Assembly (NCBI GenBank): GCA_013239625.1
Contig: MU053557.1
Span: forward strand, 5,219,842-5,283,841
Direction of reading: 5' to 3'
DNA length: 64,000 nt
Origin: Lama guanicoe
Lineage: Eukaryota
How positions within the stretch are numbered: position 1 is the stretch's first letter; the number at the start of each line of letters is the position of its first letter. Below, piece by piece: positions 25,994-39,701 of this stretch. Both the position numbers and the translations under genes were made by a program. The notes under the pieces were generated by a model. It was not told the origin of the DNA, did no database searches, and saw nothing but the letters and a program-made list of their open reading frames with translations.

Positions 25994-28900
25994 CCCTAGA
26001 GACTTAAATGTAGATTACCTGCGCCACACCCAGGCCTCCTGACTCAGAACTTCCACAAAGAGGAATTCCTGATCTAGTCAAAGCTACCTGCAAGTCCATC
26101 TGGTTGCCCAGCCGTCGTGACCTTCAGGCTCATGAGGGAGAGAGAGGCTCTGTTCCCCACAGCCCAGTGATGGCAGCAGCTACAGACGCCAGAGCAGCTC
26201 CCGTGGCATCGGCTGCTGCGGGGTGGGGAGGAGCTCCCCGGAGCAGGAGGCATCCAGGGGGTGACTAGGTGAGCCCCACCGCAGGATGAAATGGAGCTAG
26301 GAATAGATCTAGAGTGAAGCTCATGCGGTAACAAAGCCTATAGATATATTCCCAAATGCGGGTAAAAACATTGTTTTCCCTGTCTAGGAGTCTCAGCCAG
26401 ACTGCTTTAAAAAGCCTGGAGACAGCTGAAGTCCATCACTAGGAGATGGTTGAGCATCCTGAGTGCCTGCACATAGTGGACACTTAGTATGCTTTCAGAG
26501 TGACTAGCTGTATCTGTGCTGATAGGGAAAGATGCCAAAACATAGTCATATCGAAAAAGTAAGGCACAAAACAGAATTATCGCATTTGTCAAGGGTGATG
26601 GAGGAATATGAATATATATCCAAGAATATCCGGATATCCATAGACATTCTCAGAAAGATACACTGCTCACAGTGGCTGCCTCAGGGCAGGCTGGATTTCT
26701 GTGCTGGACCTTTTTGTACGGTGTGAGCTTTCCTCTGTGCTCATGTATTACTTTTTCAATAAACATAAACACATTGTGCTAAAAATATTTTTAAACAGTG
26801 AAGTTGTACCCTGTCGGTGGTTCTAGAAAGCAAAGGTGGCTCTGATATCTGCTGGGACTTCGATAGAGCTGAGTTTCCACCCGGGAGGGGGAGATGGCCT
26901 TCTTGCATCTGTACTCGGGGCCTGGGCTGTTCACTGCTCCCCCAGGCAGGCTGTGGGCCCCCTGGGCCTGGCAGACTGCCCTACCCAGGGGTCTCCACAA
27001 GACTCCTCTAGAAAAGTGAGAAATGAACTTTTTTTTTTTTTGAAACCCATAGGAGAATCAGTTTGCTTTCACATAAAGGAACAAAAGGATCAGTGTGCTT
27101 TCAGTAAACAGAACTTTTTCCATACACTGTAGCTCAGCCAAGTTGCATTCAAGGCCATATTCATGTAGGAATTCACCAGCCTTTGCAAAGTCAACACCAA
27201 ACCATCAATGAGCACCTTTGTCACCTTGCACCTGAGCAGCTGACACTGTAACACAGGGTCTTTGAAAGAGCTAAATAGAGCCAGAGCCAAATCATCATGC
27301 ATGGAAATATACCAGTTTTAAAAGAAGTGCTATTTTTTGTTTTTTTCCATGAAGCCTACTTAGCCTCGTAACTTTTTCATAATTAAAACACGCACAATGC
27401 TTTATTTTTAAAAGGAGATGAAGTGAGGTAGAGCTGTTATGGGGGAGCTTCAGACCCAAGATTTGGGGAGTTTAATTGGTCAAAATCCAGACAAAAACTG
27501 TATTTCTAATGTGAATGTGGCAGATGAAGTATGACAGTGATGTTAGAAGGCCAAAGGGAATGTTAAGAAGCGTGACTGTATGGCAGTTACCAGAGAGAAA
27601 AGCAACCTGGGTTTGAATTTGTGCAAATGATTTGTCCCCTTCGAACCTCAATCTCCTCTACTGTCAAATGGGGGTCATGAGGGTACCTCTGTCATAAACT
27701 GATGAGAAGAGTAAATGACATAATCCAGGTGCAGTGCCCGGCAGATAGTGACACCTGGTCCAGGTCACCTTGGTTGTTGGAGAGCCTTCTGTATGTCTAT
27801 GTGATTCGCTTTGGTTACATCCCGACTAGGCCAGCTTGATTGCCCAGGCATTACAGACGAGGAAGGTGAGGCTCAGGGAGGTGCCCCAGGCCACACAGCG
27901 CGCTGGTAGAGCAGGGGTCTGAACTCAGGCTTTCTCTCTTCAAGCCCACACTCTTTCCAGAAGGTCCAGTTTTGGCCAGTCCTGTCCTGCTGTATCTGGG
28001 CCCCAGCTCAGGCCTATGTGTCTTCCTCACCAGCTGTGTCCTAAACTCGGAGCTGCCCCTGGAGATGAGTTCAGTCACAGTGCCCCATAGCTGGGGAAAT
28101 GGAGGCCCCAAGGGGTTATTTGACCAAGCTCACCCTGCAGATTAGCAACCTGCTAGGACCAAAGTTCTTTGTCTTCTGGCCTTTTGCATCACAACCTAAT
28201 GTCTCCTGCTCTTGCAAGGGCGGAGCCTTGAGATGGCTACCTGAGATGGAGGAGAGTTTGGGGAAAGAAAAGTCTTAACTGTGGATGTGCTAGTCACTGC
28301 AGTGAAACCAAAGCTTCCTGAATTGACTAGATGATGGGCAGCTCTTCCTGGGCTGGCACTCAATGAGAAAATATCCTCTTCAGACCAGTCTTGAAGGTTG
28401 GGGTGCTCGGGGTGAAGTGCCAGATAAGTTAGAGGCTGACATTTGTCTGGCTGTCCTGGAGGTGGAGATGACCTCTGACCTCAGGGCTCAGCTCAGAGAG
28501 CTGAACATTAAAGCAGCCCAGGGAAGTGAAGCTAATTGAAGTTGGTGGTCTCTGAAACCTATGATGATCTCTATTCTAGTTCCTCAACTTCTAAATTCCC
28601 AGGAGAAACAAGTCTGGCTCATATGTGAATTGGAGAAAAAGCTCAGTAGAAACATGTTGACCAAGCCCACACAAAAAGCTGTACTTAAAAAGGAAAAGTG
28701 TCCCCACAGAGTTTTCTGCCAGCAGCACATGATGTAATCCTTGAAGACTCAGTCTTTCCAAATGACATCATGAAATTGTGTGGGCTTGAAACTGGACAGC
28801 AGCAAGTTATAAAGGTCATTTTGGATAAAGCATAGCAGAGAATGTAAATTCCAAGGCTGAAATCTTTTCTGGTGCATATGTGAAGCTCACAGGCCAGGGT

Positions 28901-29296
28901 GTTAATTCTGATTTTCCAGAGCCTGAATTAAGATTAAATAAAGTCTATCACACACTCACACACACCCAAACACACACACACAAGCACACACACATGCCAC
29001 CCTTTATTTTGGGTAGGATTAGTGTTGGCTGGGGGAATCAGGCCTCCTAGAAGCAATTCATATACCATTTCAGATAGGCTAAAAGGTTTTGTTTTAGACT
29101 AAAACTCAATTCAGGGCATGACTCTGCAGCTTATTTATTCTGTGTGGCCTTGGCTAAAGTCATTTGGTCATTCTGCGGGTTCTATAGGCCATGTGAGTGC
29201 CAGGTCTGTTTATCCTGCTTCATCTTTACACCCCCACATGTTTCATTTCAGCTCCTGTTTATGCCTCATTTTTAAAATGCAACAATGATTTGAGAC

Positions 29297-29680
29297 CAGA
29301 GGTCACAAACTCAAATGCCAAGAGAGACCTGATAGAAATAGAAATGAGAGGAGGAGGCCAGGGGTATACAAGAGGGAGTGGTGGGGACTGTGGCAAACTA
29401 GAGGGCTCAGGCCACATTCCAAGGAGGCAGCTGCTACTGAGCTTAATCAAATTTACCCTGAGGGACTGCGGGCCCAATTTTGATCGATCTTTCACCTTTT
29501 CAAAAGAAACTGCGAATCTAGATATTTATAGGAAATATCTTGATTTTTAAGTATGAAGCTACCAATTCAAAAGTTTTAATAAGTAAACACAAAACAGAGG
29601 GAAAAATTTAAAACCTATGCAGCCAACAGACTTATCTATTGGCTGGAATTGACTTTCTGGCTCCCAATTTGTACATTCTA
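29297..29680 (+). mobile_element. hAT-Charlie-type MER DNA transposon relic
   Basis: cagaggtcacaaactcaaatgcc...gggagtggtggggactgtggcaaact...tttcaaaagaaactgcgaatc. Confidence 0.6.
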
Positions 29681-30009
29681 GATTAGGTATTAAGATTATT
29701 TATATCTATTTGTTTGCAGTTCTCCTGCTGGGTGAATCCTTCAGCAGGCTGCTTGATCTTTGTAGAACTCTTTCCTCATCTGTGGAATGAGAATATTTAT
29801 TCCTTCTTTGCCAACCACATCAGGTTATTGTGAAACTCCAGTGAGATTTTAAAACACCTTGCAAATTACAAGGCTTGGGCAACTGTAAAGAATTATCATA
29901 ATTTCAAGGCAGACAACCCAACCCAGAGAAGATAAATACCTAAGTGAAAAAAGAAACTTCGACAGGGTCTACCGTACCTTACATCTGCACTTTATTAAAC
30001 ACTTGATTA

Positions 30010-30111
<102 letters not shown>

Positions 30112-32038
30112 CTACGGATGAGAAAAACAATAATTATGTGTCTTGAAAGTAGATCAAAAAAAGGAGATTAAGAGAAGGTGAGAAGACCCACCTGTATGAG
30201 TCATCTACCACTGAAATTTGGAAGATGGGATGAGCTCAGTGACAGCTAAGCTTGGCAGGGCTGCAAGATTCACTAGAGTTAGGGGATGTCAATCATGTCG
30301 TGCTTTGAGATACATCAATAGCGTCAGAACTGGGTCCGTCTAATCATTAACCAAGAAATGGGAGCTAGGTTGGAACACCTTCATGCTCCCCATGCGGTGA
30401 GATATGAGAAGGAAAATCAGGTCTCTATGGCTAAGAAATTTACCTTAAGTACATGCAAAGCATGTGATCAAAAGTTTAACTAAAACAATGTTTCTTGCAG
30501 CATCATTTATAGTAGTGAAGAATTGGAAAAAACCTAAGTGTCCAATAATAGAGGATTTATTAAATCACTTATGGTACATCTAGTAACAGTGATGTTACAG
30601 ATGTGTATGTGTTGATTAAAATGATGTCTGTGATACACTGATGATTGGCAAGTGTGAGGTAACAAAAATACATAGATCATGTGACCCCCCCCATGTGTAA
30701 CTATACATAGAAAATGCACTCAAAGAATTCACAACAAAGCATTAACAACTGGTTTTCTCTGCGGGATTGGAATGAGATTATACTTTATTTAGCAATAAAA
30801 TTTACTGCTTTTGTCATCAGGAGAAAAAAATTTTTTTTTCAAAATAAGAAAGAAAGAAAAATCCATGGTGCCAAATATGGACAGCTAGACCCCTATCTGG
30901 GATCCATGAAGAAAAGATGACACCTGTAAGACAATTGGCAAACACAGGGGCAGGGAGAAGAGAGAAAAGGGCCAGGAAAGGCTCTGCGTGGTCACGTGGT
31001 CCCAGGAGAAGAAACAGACAGGACGCCACACAGGCCCTTCCTCGCTACTTCACTGGTTTTCCTACTGCACACACAGCTGCACAGCTTATGCTGGACCAAA
31101 CCTGGGCCTGCAGAGGAGGCCCCTGCCCTCCGGTGCCCCCGCTGTTCATTCGTCTGCTGATATTTAGGGACAGTGATCCATGAGCTCTAGATTATTGTGA
31201 GGAGGATGCCAAGCCTCCTACTCCTTGACCTCTCGTTTGTTTGGACATGTTTGTCGTGGTGGCTTGCCTGCTCTGATACCATCCAGAGAGCAAGCAAAAG
31301 GGAGTCCGTATGAAATTCGGATTTCACGTCCTCACCCTTCTGCCCAGCTAGGCTCCTCTTCTTGACTAACAACAACAGGAGGCAGTTCAATTCTGAGTGG
31401 AAATGGGACCTGGGGACCTACCTAAGCTCCACAACATGATTTCTGCGAGATAGGGAGAAATGGGCAAGGCATAGTTTGTGCCCTGGAGGAATTGACTGTC
31501 TCATGGAGGAGGCACTTAGGCCCTCGAGTAGCTATAGTAAGGTAGATGGAGTGAGAACCAAAACAGTAATAAAAGGGGAGCACAGATGTTAGAGGAGACC
31601 AGAGAAGGACACCATCAGGGTCAAACACTGAGTGGCTCTGAAGATTGTCCCAAGGAGAATCAGATGTTGTTCACAAAGTGTTGGATGGACTGTGAGGCAT
31701 GTTCATACCTGCCTTCCTCTGTCTTAATCTCTCTCTCTATTTTTAAAAAGCTTTTTTGAGATATAATTCACATACCATATTATTCACCCAGTTTAAGCAT
31801 ACAGTTCAGTGGCTTTTTAGTGACCTTTTTCATAATGTCAGTAGTTCAGGGAAGAGCTTAGCTCCTTGGGGCAAAGAGCAGTGGGGCAGAGGGAGGAGGA
31901 TAGGTTCTTAGGGTGATTGTAGGCAGCCCAGCCCACTTCTAATTGCTAGACTGTTCCATCTACTGGGGATGACTAAGTCAGAATAGTCTTACTTAAGTGT
32001 GACTTTCCCTTTTGAGGGAGAATTCTAAAGAAAAAGAG

Positions 32039-32362
32039 AGCAGAACGCTGCAGCACAGAGCTGGGCTCGGATCCTTTAAGGTGCAAACTGGGCACCTTAA
32101 AATGGAGTCTGTTGAATTCAACCACTTAGAAAAAACACTCTGATTAAAAAAATAAAAACAAAAATAAAAACAAAAACAATCTGAAGGAGTATAGCAAGCA
32201 GAACGCTCAGCACAGAGCTGGGCTCGGATCCTTTAAGGTGCAAACTGGGCACCTTAAAATGGAGTCTGTTGAATTCAACCACTTAGAAAAAACACTCTGA
32301 TTAAAAAAATAAAAACAATCATTTGTAAAATAAAAACAAAAACAATCTGAAGGAGTATAGCA
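32039..32362. repeat. Near-perfect tandem duplication (158 + 166 bp)
   Basis: Copy 1 at 32039-32196 and copy 2 at 32197-32362 differ only by a 1-nt and a 9-nt indel. Confidence 0.95.
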
Positions 32363-32499
32363 GTATTTGGCAGAATGTTTTATTCAAGACTGTGCAAAGA
32401 TCAAATGGATGGCTGCGCTAGAACCAGAGGTTCCTTAAAATCAATATATGGCTCACCTGCACCAGAATCACTTAGGGAGCTATTTTAAAGGCAAAAATC

Positions 32500-34260
32500 A
32501 GGATAATAAACCCATGAGTATATGGAAATCTGGTATACAACAAAATGGCATATCAAAATTATGGCATTTCAAAACAGTGGAGAAAGGGTAGACAATATAT
32601 TGTTTAAATGGGGAATTATGAGGGGGCATAAAATGTACCCCTCCCTGACACCATACATATTAATAATTTCAAGATGAGTGAAAGAAGAAAATATATTAAT
32701 CAAAACACATCAGATTATTTCAGATTATAATACTGTGGTTGAGGAAGACTTTTTTAAAATTCAAAACACAGAAGCCATAAAAGAGAATTTAAATCTTCTG
32801 TATGATGCAAGATGCCATAAACAAAGTTAAAATACAATTCATAGAAAGGAAAAATATGGTTGCAACCTATGTGACAGATATATAATCTCTATCATATATA
32901 AGGCACTCCTATACTTTAATAAGAAATAAAGAATTCAGTTTTAAAGGTAGGAAAATATAGCTGGCAATACATGGAAGAAGAAAAATTAAATCACAAACAA
33001 ACATATAAAATAGATTTACGCTCACCTGTAATGAGTGAAAAAAAATTTAGAAAAAAGAACAATAACATTTTTGTCCATTTAAGTAGGAAAAATCACAAGA
33101 TTTATGATACCCAGAATTGGCAGGAGTTTGAGCCAATGGAACCCTCATGCAATAAGTAAGAGTGTAAAATGGTATAGCCTTTAGAAGGAAAATTTTGGGA
33201 AAGCAAAATAAAATTTTGTTGTAGTAATTACACTTCCACAGCTTTCCCCAAATTCAAAACTTACACTTATCAAAACATAAGAGAATGAGAGCTCAGAATG
33301 GGAGCAGATGTTTGCAGTGTGTATATTCAACAGAGGACCCATATGCAGAATTTGAAAGAACGCCTACAAATCAGTAAGACTTTTAAAAAGGCAGTATAAT
33401 TTTTTAAATGGGGAAAAGACTTGAACCAACACTTTACAAAAGAAGATATGCAAATGGTCAAGAAACATAAAGCCTCATTGGTCATTAGGGGAATGCGCAT
33501 TAATACCCAAAGAGAGAATGCTACCCACTCACCAGGATGGCTCAGTTAGTAAGTCTGGCAATACCAAGTATTAGTGAGAAAGCCCTCATACATGGCTGGT
33601 GGGAGGGCAAGATGGCACAATCACCTCGAATTTCAAATGGGAAATACCTATTAAAACTATTACCCAGAAATTCTACTCCTAGGTAAGTACCTAACAGACA
33701 TGGTACAACTGTGTACTAAAAAATATATACAAGAGTGTTCATAATAGCAATTATTTGTAATAGCCCAAACCTGAAAACTCAGATGTCCATCAATAGTAGA
33801 ATAAATAAATACCTTTCGGATTACTCAGGTAATGGAACATTCCACAAAAATGAAAATGAATGATCTCTTGCTATGCGGAGCAATAAGGAAGAATCTTACG
33901 ACCCAAATGTTGATCCAAAGAAGCCAGACATAAAAAAGTATGTATGATTCCATGTGTATGAATTTTGAAAACAGGCAAAACTAATATGGCTTTAAAGATC
34001 AGACAGTGGTTACCTTTGGGGAGGAAGGGCTGGGAGTTACTGGAAAGGGGCTTTTGAGGGGCTAGTCATGTTCTATTTCTTAATCTTGGTGATGGCTACG
34101 TGGGGATGTTCACTCCATGGTAATTCATCGAACTATTCCCCTGTAATCAGTGCTCTTTTCTGTATGTATGCTCTGTTATCTTATTAAAAAGAATCCACGT
34201 GTACTGACATGGAAAGATACTCACAGAACACTGAGTAGAAAAAACAGACTATCATGTAGC
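32500..34260 (+). mobile_element. Old L1 (L1M) fragments
   Basis: A-rich text with L1 ORF2/3'UTR phrases (aaagaagatatgcaaatgg; ttctactcctaggt; aaaacaggcaaaactaat). Confidence 0.7.
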
Positions 34261-35031
34261 CCAGCAATTTTTAAACAGTTTCTCAGAAGATTCTGATTTG
34301 CTATCACATTTGGGAGCCCCTGGGCTAGACCTGAGGTCTTTTCCAATCCCCTGATTCTGCAATTCATTTCTTCATTCGACCAAGTATTTGGAGGCTCCCC
34401 ATCAGGCAGTGCACCATACTCGGCACGACAAAGCATACACAGAATGAAACTGGTTGGGAGAGGAATCGCAAAGCTAGGTAACTCTGGAACTCTGTTCCAA
34501 GGCAGACAATGATTAGCTCCAGGAGGCAAAGGCATGGAGAGGAAGAGCAATGGGAGAGTCTGTTTGGGAAATGCTAGCTGAAGGCACATTGGTGGGCGCC
34601 GTCTGGGTCTCTGCCTCCTTAGCTAGCGTGGCCACGGAGCATTCTGAGGGACCAGATCTAAGCAGCTGCCCTGGGCTAGACAAACCATGCGAAAGGTTTA
34701 CACCCACCTTTGAGTGCATTTTCTGAGAATTCCAGAAGTTGGCAACTTTCTTCTTTCTGGACTTTCACCCTACATAGAAAATTCTTTCTCACTCACCTCA
34801 TCAGACCTTCTTCTCTCATTAGCTTTTTTTTCACCAACTGACTAAGGAAGATACAGGTTGTTTTTACTCAGCTGTGCCCTAGATTAACTTTTCCCCGTTA
34901 AAGGTTGATACTCCTCTCCTCAGTGTAAAAGACCTGTGAAAAAGTCTTCACAACCATCCACACCCTCCCAGTCTCTTCCCTGTGCAACTGGATTTGTGAC
35001 ACAAGCCTGGGCTCCACCTGGTATATAGTTA

Positions 35032-35232
<201 letters not shown>

Positions 35233-35808
35233 TCAACGTTTTTGAGGCACAGAGCTGCAGCTCACAATAACCAGGAGATAAAATAATTGTCCCCATTTAA
35301 CAGATGGAGATATTGAGGTTCAGAGAGGTGAATAAATGGCCAGCTTATATTAGGTCCAACTCTTCATTTCTTTGATCTCATAGATGGTTAATAAGAAAGA
35401 TAATAAACATTGATTGAGCACAAGTGCTCTATATACATTATCTCATTTACTATAGAAAGTGATCTTTTTTTTTTTGACAATAATCTTTTGAGAGTAGAAC
35501 CATAATTGTCCCCATTTTTCAAATGGGGAGACTGAAACTTGGAGAGGTTAAGTGATTTGCTCAGGGTCTTAGACCTAGTAAATGGCCTAGCAGGGAATCA
35601 AATCCAAGCTGCCTGACATGAAACCTTGTGCATGTAATCTGGGATACAGCTTTACAAACATCCAGTACCTCATTAACACTAGGGATGCTGGGCAGAGACT
35701 GTGCGATGGTTCCCAGGCACTTTCGTTAATACTGCCTTTCCAGTTGACCACATCAGTACCTCAGTGAAAGGACACATCCAGCCCATTCCCTTGAGCCAAG
35801 CCCCTTAC

Positions 35809-35898
35809 CTGGCCACGCCGAGTCTCACAGTTGTGCAGGTAACTCAGGTGAAACACCTTCATGATTAGATTTGCAAAATTGAGATACTTAAGAAGAAT
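35809..35898 (-). CDS. PDE6A: PDE6A exon 3 (90 nt)
   Basis: tttcag|[30 protein letters not shown]|gtaagg. Confidence 0.97.
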
Positions 35899-36199
35899 CT
35901 GAAAATCAAACAGCAAGAAGAGAAACAGATGAGAAGGAGAAATCCCTCCTCTGGCCGCTTCTACCATCTGCAAATATCTGAGTTATTTTCATGCAATTTG
36001 AGCAGGTGGATAATGGGATGCTGACTCATACAATGTTGCGTTATTAGAGTGTAAAACTCACAGAATGTAGAATGTCAAGTTGACAGGCATATGTACATGA
36101 CTATTGCTACTTTTTGTTGAGTTTTCAGTCCCCATGATAATTATTTATGTGTGTTATCTGATCATCACAAGTACCTCAAGAGATAATATAGATAGTCTA

Positions 36200-36290
36200 G
36201 AGGTGGATTCAGCTCAGCAGCAGAGTGCACGTTTATCATGCACGAGGTCCTGGGTTCGATCCCTAGTCCTTCCATTAAAAAATGGAAAAA
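36200..36290 (+). mobile_element. tRNA-derived SINE (vic-1-like)
   Basis: A box agctcag, B box gggttcgatccc, A tail; degenerate TSD aagagataatatagatagtcta / aagagatacatagatactcta. Confidence 0.8.
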
Positions 36291-36611
36291 GAGATACATA
36301 GATACTCTACATAAAGATACTATAAAATCGTCCCCATTTTACAAATAAGAAAACTGAAGTTCAGAGAAATTATATAACATTCCCAAGTCAAAGCTAGGTA
36401 TTAGGAGAGCCAGAACAATCATCCCTACATTTCAAAGCCCAACATCTTAACAATTATCCTGTTCTGCCTCCCTCAGAGAGCATCAGAGTAACCCCTTTGT
36501 CTTAAAGTTGGGGATACCGAGGCCAGGCCAAGTAGCAAGGGTCAAAGGACTTTGTGAGCTGGGAGAATGTTGCTAGCATGGCCACCCCAGCAGTTTCTAA
36601 AGCATTCTTAC

Positions 36612-36764
36612 CTCTTCATCTCTCTCGGTGAAGCAGGGCCCATCCACTTTATTCACCGCCATGATTATGGCCACCACGTCCTTCCCATTCATTATGGGGG
36701 AAGCCAAGATGTTCTTGGTCTGGTACTCTGTGAGGGTGTCCACGAAGTCACAGAAATGCTCATC
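36612..36764 (-). CDS. PDE6A: PDE6A exon 2 (153 nt)
   Basis: ttccag|[51 protein letters not shown]|gtaaga. Confidence 0.97.
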
Positions 36765-39701
36765 CTGGAAGAGGCAGAGACAAGCGTGGGTGGGCAGATG
36801 AAGCGCAAAGACACTAGAACAACCCAGAGCCCGAGGTGCCCATGGTAGGGGTGGGGCGAGGGGCTTGCTATTCTCTTGTTGACAAAAGAATGAAGACATT
36901 TCCACCCCCCCCTTTAGCAGGGGGCAAGGCGATTAGAGATGATTTCTCCCCTGGGCCCTCAAAATCCAGTGGAAAGAAGTCTGAGATACAGCCTGCTGAG
37001 GGCCGTGGAGGCGATTTGAACAATGCACAGTAGGGGCCCAAGATGGGGTGGGGTTGACTTTGCATGCGAGGAAGTTTTCGAGAAAGCTCTCTTGAGGTAA
37101 TGACGTTTAAGCCCCAAATAGAAACTTGAGTGAGGAAAAGACTGTAGCGAGTATAATCATCACAGTTTCTGGCAGGCACTGTGCGTGAAGCTTCGCCTGC
37201 ATCAGCTCACTTCAGTCCTCCCCGGCACCTGTGAGGTGGGACCGTGAGCAGTCCACCTTACAGAAGGGGAAGCTGAAACTCAAAAAGGTTAACGTTACTT
37301 GTTACATGTGTGTGTATGTGATTCCAGAACCTGCCCTCAGCTCTGCTGCCTTTCAGGGAAGCCTGGAAAAGGGTAGACCTGGCTCCAGGTCATTGAGCAA
37401 AAGAATTTGTTCCTTTCAGCTTTTCTCACAATCCAGTTCCAGCACTATGCAGCCAGTTCAATGGATAGCCCCATTCCACAAGTCTTAACTATCTGTCAGA
37501 CCTTAAGCTAAGCGCTGTGGACACAGGGGAGAGTAAGATTCAGGCCAGCACACAGACGAATCAGTACTAGTAACAGAGGACACAGGGGTTGGCTCAAAGC
37601 AGTGGGAGTACAGAGGAGCCCACACCCCCACATCCCACCCCTAAGGCAAACTTGGAGGCCAGAGTAGGGCGGTGCAGTCTGGGTGGTCAAAAAAAGGAGA
37701 CAGAGCCTGAACTGTTGTCTTAAATCCAAAAGAATCCACCTTCTTGTTTCCTGGTAGCACTGTGAGGTTTCCCAACTGTCAGCATTGCTTGGGACACAAG
37801 CCAACCCAGACATGTACAGTTTGTGCCTCTCTGAGAAGGAAAGTGTATTTCATAGAGCCAATTGACAGAGCTTTGCTAGAACCGGCTGTGTGGAATCTTC
37901 CCCATAATTCAGAAATTCAGAGCATGGTGCTTTGCATCTGCGGATTTCTTCCAGCTGGAGTGGGATTAAACAAACAGGCCACAGCGCTGTTGTCCGTGAA
38001 GCTGTCTCAGACCAGGTGAAGGGTAAAGAGATTAAGAGACGCCTGTAGCGCTGTACTTGAATTAGCATTGGAGGATTAAGCAGAATCTCTAAAGAGGCAT
38101 TAGCCACAAGGGTTTTCCACGTCACTCTCTAAAGACACTGACAATCCCTAAACACAGGTCTGGGTGGGGCACACTCAGATTCGTTTCATGAAGTCAGTTC
38201 AGTCTTGTAATATTCACTCCTGTCAGGGAAAGCAAGACTTGGGCCTTGCCTGCATCTGAGGCCAAGATTACTAAATCCACCAGAACCCTCTCTCCCACTT
38301 GTGTTCTCAGCCCTGTAACTTTCTCACAAATAGTACGGCTGCCAATTGACTGGCATTTACATAATCATTGTCATCCTTATGTTTTCAGCGTATAAAGTGT
38401 TCTAAACAACCATGTCATAGAAGCTCGGATTATCGGGGCAGAGGGGCCTCAGAGGCCATTTAGCTCAAAATGTTTGTTTTAAAGCCCAGGACTCAGATGT
38501 CCCCGGGGAAAGCCCAAAGTCATGCATTCATTCAGTTAGCATTAACAGAATGCCGTCTCAGGTATGCTAGGCACTGTTCTAGACCCTTAGGTTATGGCAG
38601 TGAACAAGAGGGGTGAGCATCTTTCCCTGGTGAAGCCTCCATTCAGATGGGATAGGTAGACAAAAAGCAAGTGCCCAGCTGCTCTGCAGGAGAGAAACTG
38701 AATGATGTTGTATAAAATTGGTGGAGGAGGTGGCGGCTTGAAGCTGCTCTGGTCAGTCATGGTGGGTGACACAGAGAGCTGGAGGGTGAGAGGAGCCAGG
38801 CAGGTGAAGGATATGCACAGAGCACAGGGGGCACAGAGAATGCAAAGGCCAGGAGGGGGCAATGAGCTGGTCGATCGGAAAAACAGAAAGAAGACCAGGG
38901 TCGTGGGACAGCAGAGGGCAAGGAAGTCCCAGAAGTGGGCAGAGGGCCCTATCGAGCAGGACCTTGGAGGCCGCTGTAAAGAGTAGCGATTTCATTCCAA
39001 CATAATGGAAGACTGCTTCTCAGTCCTGGAAACCCCAATTCCTCTTTTCAAACATTCGCAGTGCCAAGCTCCATTGTGTCCCATGATGAGACCTATTTAT
39101 TGAATAATCATAGACTAGGCCCAGAGCCGGACCACTCATTAACTCTCACATCTGCCTTGTCACATAGAACTCTCATCCTTCATGTTTTATGGACAATTCT
39201 CTTGCTGGCAAATGGCACAGCCACTCCATTCATTCATTAATTTATTCACTGATACACTGGTTCATTCACTCACTTATATTTACTGAGCACTGGCTCTGGG
39301 AGAGACACTGGATATGCCAAGACCAGTAAGAAAGGTGAGGCTGTCCTCACTGGGTTATCACTGTATAGTGGGAACATCATGTAAAACATGAACTCACAGC
39401 TCAAACCATAATGTGAAGGAGGCCCCCACAGGATGGGTGATACCCTGGGGCCCAGGGAGGGAGGGACTTATTCTATGAGTGGCTTCAGGAGCCAATCAGT
39501 ACATTGTCAGTAGCTGAAACCTCACTGAGCCTGTTTCTCCTTTGGTAAAATCAGAGTGTTGGAGCAGGTCGTCCTGGAGGTCTCTTTCTGGTCTAGCCTG
39601 CTGGGGTCCAAGTCTCACAGGGAAGGAAGCAGAGCAGGACAACAGATGGAAGAGTCTCTGGAAACGGTGTTGCTCTCAGATTCAGTCTTCAAAAGTGGGA
39701 T

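Noticed and set aside
28735..29021. Three CRX-like hexamers in intron 5
   Set aside because: Too few and too dispersed to distinguish from chance in AT-rich DNA
32039..32362. CRISPR-like or array interpretation of the repeat with a hairpin
   Set aside because: Only two long adjacent copies, no spacers, and a eukaryotic intron context
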